Source of the DNA: an uncultured Ignavibacteriales bacterium
GTDB taxonomy: Bacteria > Bacteroidota > Ignavibacteria > UBA10030 > SZUA-254
Reading direction: 5' to 3'
Length of the DNA: 64,000 bases
Assembly (NCBI GenBank): GCA_963714795.1
Contig: CAVQPS010000009.1
Location: 710,970 to 774,969, forward strand
The notes under the pieces are model-generated. The model saw only the letters and a list, made by a program, of their open reading frames with translations. It did not search any database and was not told the DNA's origin. The first letter of the stretch is position 1; each line of letters starts with the position of its first letter. The translations under genes were made by a program, and so were the position numbers. Positions 60,237 through 64,000 of the stretch are shown here, one piece after another.

Positions 60237-63029
60237 TTGGTCGATGCCGTTCTTGCAGAACTTCGTCCCGAAGGGTTGGATTACAGCCGGTCGATGGTTG
60301 TCTTTCCCGGTAAACGCCCCGGTCATTTTTTACGCAAAGCGATCGCTGAGCGCATAGGTTCCAGTTTTCTTCCGCCGCGGATTTTTTCCATCGATAATTT
60401 TGTTGCTTACCTCGCGTCAGATCATCTCGGCATTCGACGGACGATGCTTGAGGCCGAAGATGCCGCGGCATTATTATTCGAGATTCACAGCCGCGGCAAT
60501 CATGCATTGGGAGGCAATCATTACCGGACGTTCGATACATTTTTTACGGTCGGTTTGAAACTCTTCGGCGAACTGGAGGAAGTGATGCTGACGAATCTTC
60601 CTGCAAAACATATTCATGCTGCGTTGAAGGGAATTGAATATGAAAAATTCCGATCGTTCGGAACGTATTATGAAGAATTTTACCGGGCGGTTGAAGAACG
60701 GGAATGGATGACACGCTCGATGATGTACCGTTCGGTTGCCGACCGGATTGACGAGATCGATTACTCGCAGTATACACAAATTATTATTGCCGGTTTGTAC
60801 GCGCTCACCGCAACGGAGCGTGCAATCGTTACCGGCTTGCGCCGACGCGGGAATGTTCGGCTTATTTTTCAGAATGGCATTGGATTGCCCGAAAAACTGA
60901 ATCAGCTTGGTATTGCCGTTCCGGAAAATTCTGTACAAGAAAAAGTTTCCCCAACCATACAGTATTACTCGTCGCCGGATACACACGGACAGGTATTCGC
61001 ACTTGCCGCGCAATTGCAGAAGCATCATAACGCGAACCGGGATGAACGGACAGCAATAGTTCTTCCATCTGCCGAAGCGCTTTTTCCTGTTCTTCACCAT
61101 GCGCTTTCTCATTTTGAGGAGCACGAGTACAATATTTCCCTCGGGTATCCGCTTTCCCGAACGCCGGTGTACGGTTTTCTTCAAAGTATCCTGGAACTGG
61201 TTGCCTCTGTTCGCAACGGTACATTTTCCAGCGCGGCATATCTCCGGTTTATGCTTCATCCGTACGTTAAAAATATCCGGTTTCACGATCGATCGGATAC
61301 CGCGCGCATTGTTATTCATTCCATTGAAGAATATTTTATCCGGACCGGATCGAAAACACTATTTGCTCTGGATGAAATTGAAAACAATGACGAACTCTTC
61401 GAATTAATTGCCCGCCGTATTAGCACATTGGACGAAAAGGCAACGGCGGGTAATCTTCAGGAACATTGCAGAACGATTCACGACCGGACGATCAAAAGAT
61501 TTCTTCGCATTGCGTCGATTCGGGATTTTGCATTGCAGTCAATTGATGTTCTTCAATATATCTTTGAACAAAGCACGGCGCGGCAGCATCCCTATTTTCA
61601 TCCCTATGTCGAACATGCGATTACCTTTTTCGACCATCTTGCGCGGTCGCCGATCGGCAATCAGCGATTTGAGGATACGGCAGGATACATAACATTTCTT
61701 CGGAACGCGGTCGCGTCGCAAACAGTACCGTTTTCGGGCACACCACTTCACGGACTTCAGGTTCTCGGATTTCTGGAAACGCGCAATCTTTCATTCGATA
61801 CTGTTTATTTCTTCGATGCGAACGACGATATTCTCCCGGGACGAAATGATCGTGATTTACTTCTGCCGTTTCCGGTTCGGAAAATGCTCGGGTTGGAAAC
61901 GTCGCATGATCGCGAATTATTAACGGAATATTATTTCGATTTGCTTATTTCATCGGCGAGAGAAGTGCATTTATTTTATAATGAAACCGGTAAAAAAGAA
62001 AAAAGCCGGTTCGTCCAAAAGCTGCTGTGGAAGTATGAGCAATCCAAACAGGATATTTCTTCCGAAGGTATCGAACGGAAAATTCGTTATTCCGTCAATT
62101 TAGGAAATGGCCGCCCGGAGCCTGTCAAAAAAACTACGTTGATGATCGATCAGATCCGGAACAATGTTCGGTTCAGCGCCTCGGCATTAAATACGTATCT
62201 TGCGTGCCCGTTGAAATTTTATTACCGGCATGTCCTTGGGCTGAACGAAAAAATTGAAATCTCCGATGATATCGAAGCATCGGATATCGGAACGATCGTT
62301 CATACAATTTTGAAAGAATATTTCAAGCCCCTTGTCGGAAAGCGATTAACCCGCGATAGTTTGGATGATAAGAAACTCAATGCAGTTATCGACCGTTGTT
62401 TCAAAGAATCCTTCGGTGAAGAATTTCCCGGGTCAATTTATCTGATGAAAGAACAGGTCGTGCGTCAATTGCAATCATTTTTACTGCATTATCAGATGCC
62501 GGTGGCGGATGGTTCAGTCATGATCACCGGACTCGAACGCGACCTTACTATTGATTATCGCGGTTTCACGTTTACCGGTCGAATCGATCGGATCGAAATG
62601 CGGGATGAAAAAATATATATTCTGGATTACAAAACCGGTTACGATGAAAAGCGTAATAATGTGAATGTTGAAAAATTAATTGCTGATCGTCGGGAAACGT
62701 GGCGTGAAGCAATCGGATCATTCCAGCTTCCGGTATACATGCTGTTGTATGCCACATTTTTTAAGAAGCCGATAGAGCAGATCTCTCCGGCAATTATTTT
62801 TTTGGGAAAACAACCGATCGATCAGTCGATTGAAGTCAGTATCGGCGATGATAGCCATACCGCTCATGACGTCTATCGGGCGGTGGAACCGGTCATGTTT
62901 ACCTTACTCGAAGAAATTCAGGATCAAGAAAAAGACTGGATTCCGACGGATACTATGGAACAGGAATGTCCCCGCTGTCCCTTTTCAACCATATGCGGAA
63001 CGGCCTGGGTTCAGGGCTGGAGCGCGTAA
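60237..63029 (+). CDS. AddB-like PD-(D/E)XK nuclease subunit
   Basis: 930 aa. It has the nuclease block GRIDRIEMRDEKIYILDYKTG and C-terminal cysteines (CPRCPFSTIC) that, with an upstream Cys, could form an AddB-type Fe-S cluster. It directly follows the AddA-like gene. Confidence 0.8.
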   Translation: MVDAVLAELRPEGLDYSRSMVVFPGKRPGHFLRKAIAERIGSSFLPPRIFSIDNFVAYLASDHLGIRRTMLEAEDAAALLFEIHSRGNHALGGNHYRTFDTFFTVGLKLFGELEEVMLTNLPAKHIHAALKGIEYEKFRSFGTYYEEFYRAVEEREWMTRSMMYRSVADRIDEIDYSQYTQIIIAGLYALTATERAIVTGLRRRGNVRLIFQNGIGLPEKLNQLGIAVPENSVQEKVSPTIQYYSSPDTHGQVFALAAQLQKHHNANRDERTAIVLPSAEALFPVLHHALSHFEEHEYNISLGYPLSRTPVYGFLQSILELVASVRNGTFSSAAYLRFMLHPYVKNIRFHDRSDTARIVIHSIEEYFIRTGSKTLFALDEIENNDELFELIARRISTLDEKATAGNLQEHCRTIHDRTIKRFLRIASIRDFALQSIDVLQYIFEQSTARQHPYFHPYVEHAITFFDHLARSPIGNQRFEDTAGYITFLRNAVASQTVPFSGTPLHGLQVLGFLETRNLSFDTVYFFDANDDILPGRNDRDLLLPFPVRKMLGLETSHDRELLTEYYFDLLISSAREVHLFYNETGKKEKSRFVQKLLWKYEQSKQDISSEGIERKIRYSVNLGNGRPEPVKKTTLMIDQIRNNVRFSASALNTYLACPLKFYYRHVLGLNEKIEISDDIEASDIGTIVHTILKEYFKPLVGKRLTRDSLDDKKLNAVIDRCFKESFGEEFPGSIYLMKEQVVRQLQSFLLHYQMPVADGSVMITGLERDLTIDYRGFTFTGRIDRIEMRDEKIYILDYKTGYDEKRNNVNVEKLIADRRETWREAIGSFQLPVYMLLYATFFKKPIEQISPAIIFLGKQPIDQSIEVSIGDDSHTAHDVYRAVEPVMFTLLEEIQDQEKDWIPTDTMEQECPRCPFSTICGTAWVQGWSA

Positions 63030-63135
63030 AAGTTTTGCCATCACGCTGTTTTTGCGTTCTTACGGTTTGATTGTCAAGCCGAATCTTCCTACATTTTCAC
63101 CAACGCACCAGGATCCGTACATCCGATAATGACGT

Positions 63136-64000
63136 ATGGCAATTGCAACAATAAATCCCGCAACCGGAAAATTGATTTCATCATTTCGGGCTCTCACCGA
63201 ACAGGAAATTCAGCAGAAACTTGTTCGTGCTCGTGAAGCATTTTCTCTTCACAAGACGACAACATTTGCCGGGAGGGCGGCGATGATGAATGAAGCGGCA
63301 CGAATTCTCGATTCAGAAAAAGCATCATTCGGAAAATTGATGACACTTGAAATGGGAAAACCGATTGTTGCCGCGATGGAGGAAGCAGTGAAGTCCGCGT
63401 GGGTGTGCCGCTATTATGCCGAACATGCAGAACAATTTCTTGCCGACGAAATTGTTGCGACGAATGCGACGAAAAGCTACATCAAGTATCAGCCGCTTGG
63501 TCCGGTTCTTGCCGTGATGCCGTGGAATTTTCCGTTCTGGCAGGTGTTTCGATTTGCCGCGCCGGCGTTGATGGCGGGAAATGTCGGATTGCTCAAACAT
63601 GCTTCCAATGTTCCTCAATGTGCGCTTGCCATCGAAAATATTTTCCTGCGTGCCGGTTTTCCGGAAGGAGTTTTTCAGACGCTTCTCATCGGCTCCGATC
63701 AGGTTCAATCGGTTCTTGAAGATTCAACGGTGAAGGCGGTGACGCTGACAGGCAGTGAACCGGCTGGACGAACAGTGGCGGGGCTCGCCGGAAGGCTTAT
63801 CAAAAAAACAGTGCTCGAGCTTGGCGGCAGTGATCCGTTTATTGTCATGCCGAGTGCCGACCTGGAACAGGCAATTCCCCTTGCCGTAAAAGCCCGCACG
63901 ATCAATAACGGTCAATCATGCATTGCGGCAAAACGATTTATTGTTCATCAAAAAATTTATGACCTGTTTGAAAAGCAATTCGTCGGGATGATGGAACGAT
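63136..64000 (+). CDS. NAD(P)-dependent aldehyde dehydrogenase (succinate-semialdehyde dehydrogenase-like), N-terminal 288 codons; runs off the window end
   Basis: My translation from ATG 63136 reads MAIATINPATGKLISSF..PLGPVLAVMPWNFPFWQV..LKHASNVPQCA..LTGSEPAGR..LELGGSDPFIV..NNGQSCIAAKRF (catalytic Cys block). There is no stop before position 64000. Confidence 0.9.
   Translation, partial: MAIATINPATGKLISSFRALTEQEIQQKLVRAREAFSLHKTTTFAGRAAMMNEAARILDSEKASFGKLMTLEMGKPIVAAMEEAVKSAWVCRYYAEHAEQFLADEIVATNATKSYIKYQPLGPVLAVMPWNFPFWQVFRFAAPALMAGNVGLLKHASNVPQCALAIENIFLRAGFPEGVFQTLLIGSDQVQSVLEDSTVKAVTLTGSEPAGRTVAGLAGRLIKKTVLELGGSDPFIVMPSADLEQAIPLAVKARTINNGQSCIAAKRFIVHQKIYDLFEKQFVGMMER

Noticed and set aside
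1-64000. CRISPR arrays, tRNA/rRNA/tmRNA genes, integrases, transposases, reverse transcriptases (DGR/retron).
   Set aside because: I looked through all intergenic regions and every ORF translation and saw no regularly spaced repeats, cloverleaf-like sequences or recombinase/RT motifs. A covariance-model or HMM scan is still needed to be certain.

Overview
This 64-kb chromosomal window appears to come from a bacterium of the FCB group (Ignavibacteria/Bacteroidota-like). That call is an inference from a T9SS C-terminal sorting domain, a CarboxypepD_reg-type TonB receptor and an ORF6N protein. Positions 1-43.6 kb are ordinary, tightly packed housekeeping and transport DNA with long intact ORFs: a DtxR-type regulator with mntH, a POT transporter, GTP-PEPCK, Cys/Met PLP enzymes, a family-5-like UDG, an orphan PilB-like ATPase, cysE-cysK, a TonB receptor, an M28 peptidase, truA, LemA-TPM-TPM, an ABC exporter, a LmbE-like deacetylase, an APC permease, a Ste24-like protease, MarC, and a PgaB-like/GT2 exopolysaccharide pair. 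The only break is an AT-rich 2.6-kb patch (35.7-38.3 kb) with a decayed secreted-protein gene and a repeat-flanked methyltransferase + ORF6N cassette. Positions 43.6-54.3 kb form a visibly AT-richer accessory island. It is bracketed by imperfect direct repeats that duplicate the last ~20 codons of the GT2 gene plus its terminator. All island genes run leftwards: a heavily disrupted LamG-LamG-lipase-T9SS gene, a disrupted sigma-like/zf-HC2 anti-sigma module with a DUF559 cassette inserted in it, and an intact, tightly coupled LuxE-like/LuxC-like (carboxylate activation + reduction) pair. This pair in this context is my best candidate for an undescribed system. A second, paralogous and also disrupted sigma-like/anti-sigma module lies just outside the island (54.4-56.9 kb). 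It is followed by an AddA-like (frame broken twice)/AddB-like helicase-nuclease pair and a partial aldehyde dehydrogenase. I recognised no rRNA, tRNA, CRISPR array, integrase or transposase. All family calls rest on motif recognition by eye, and no database search or computation was possible.
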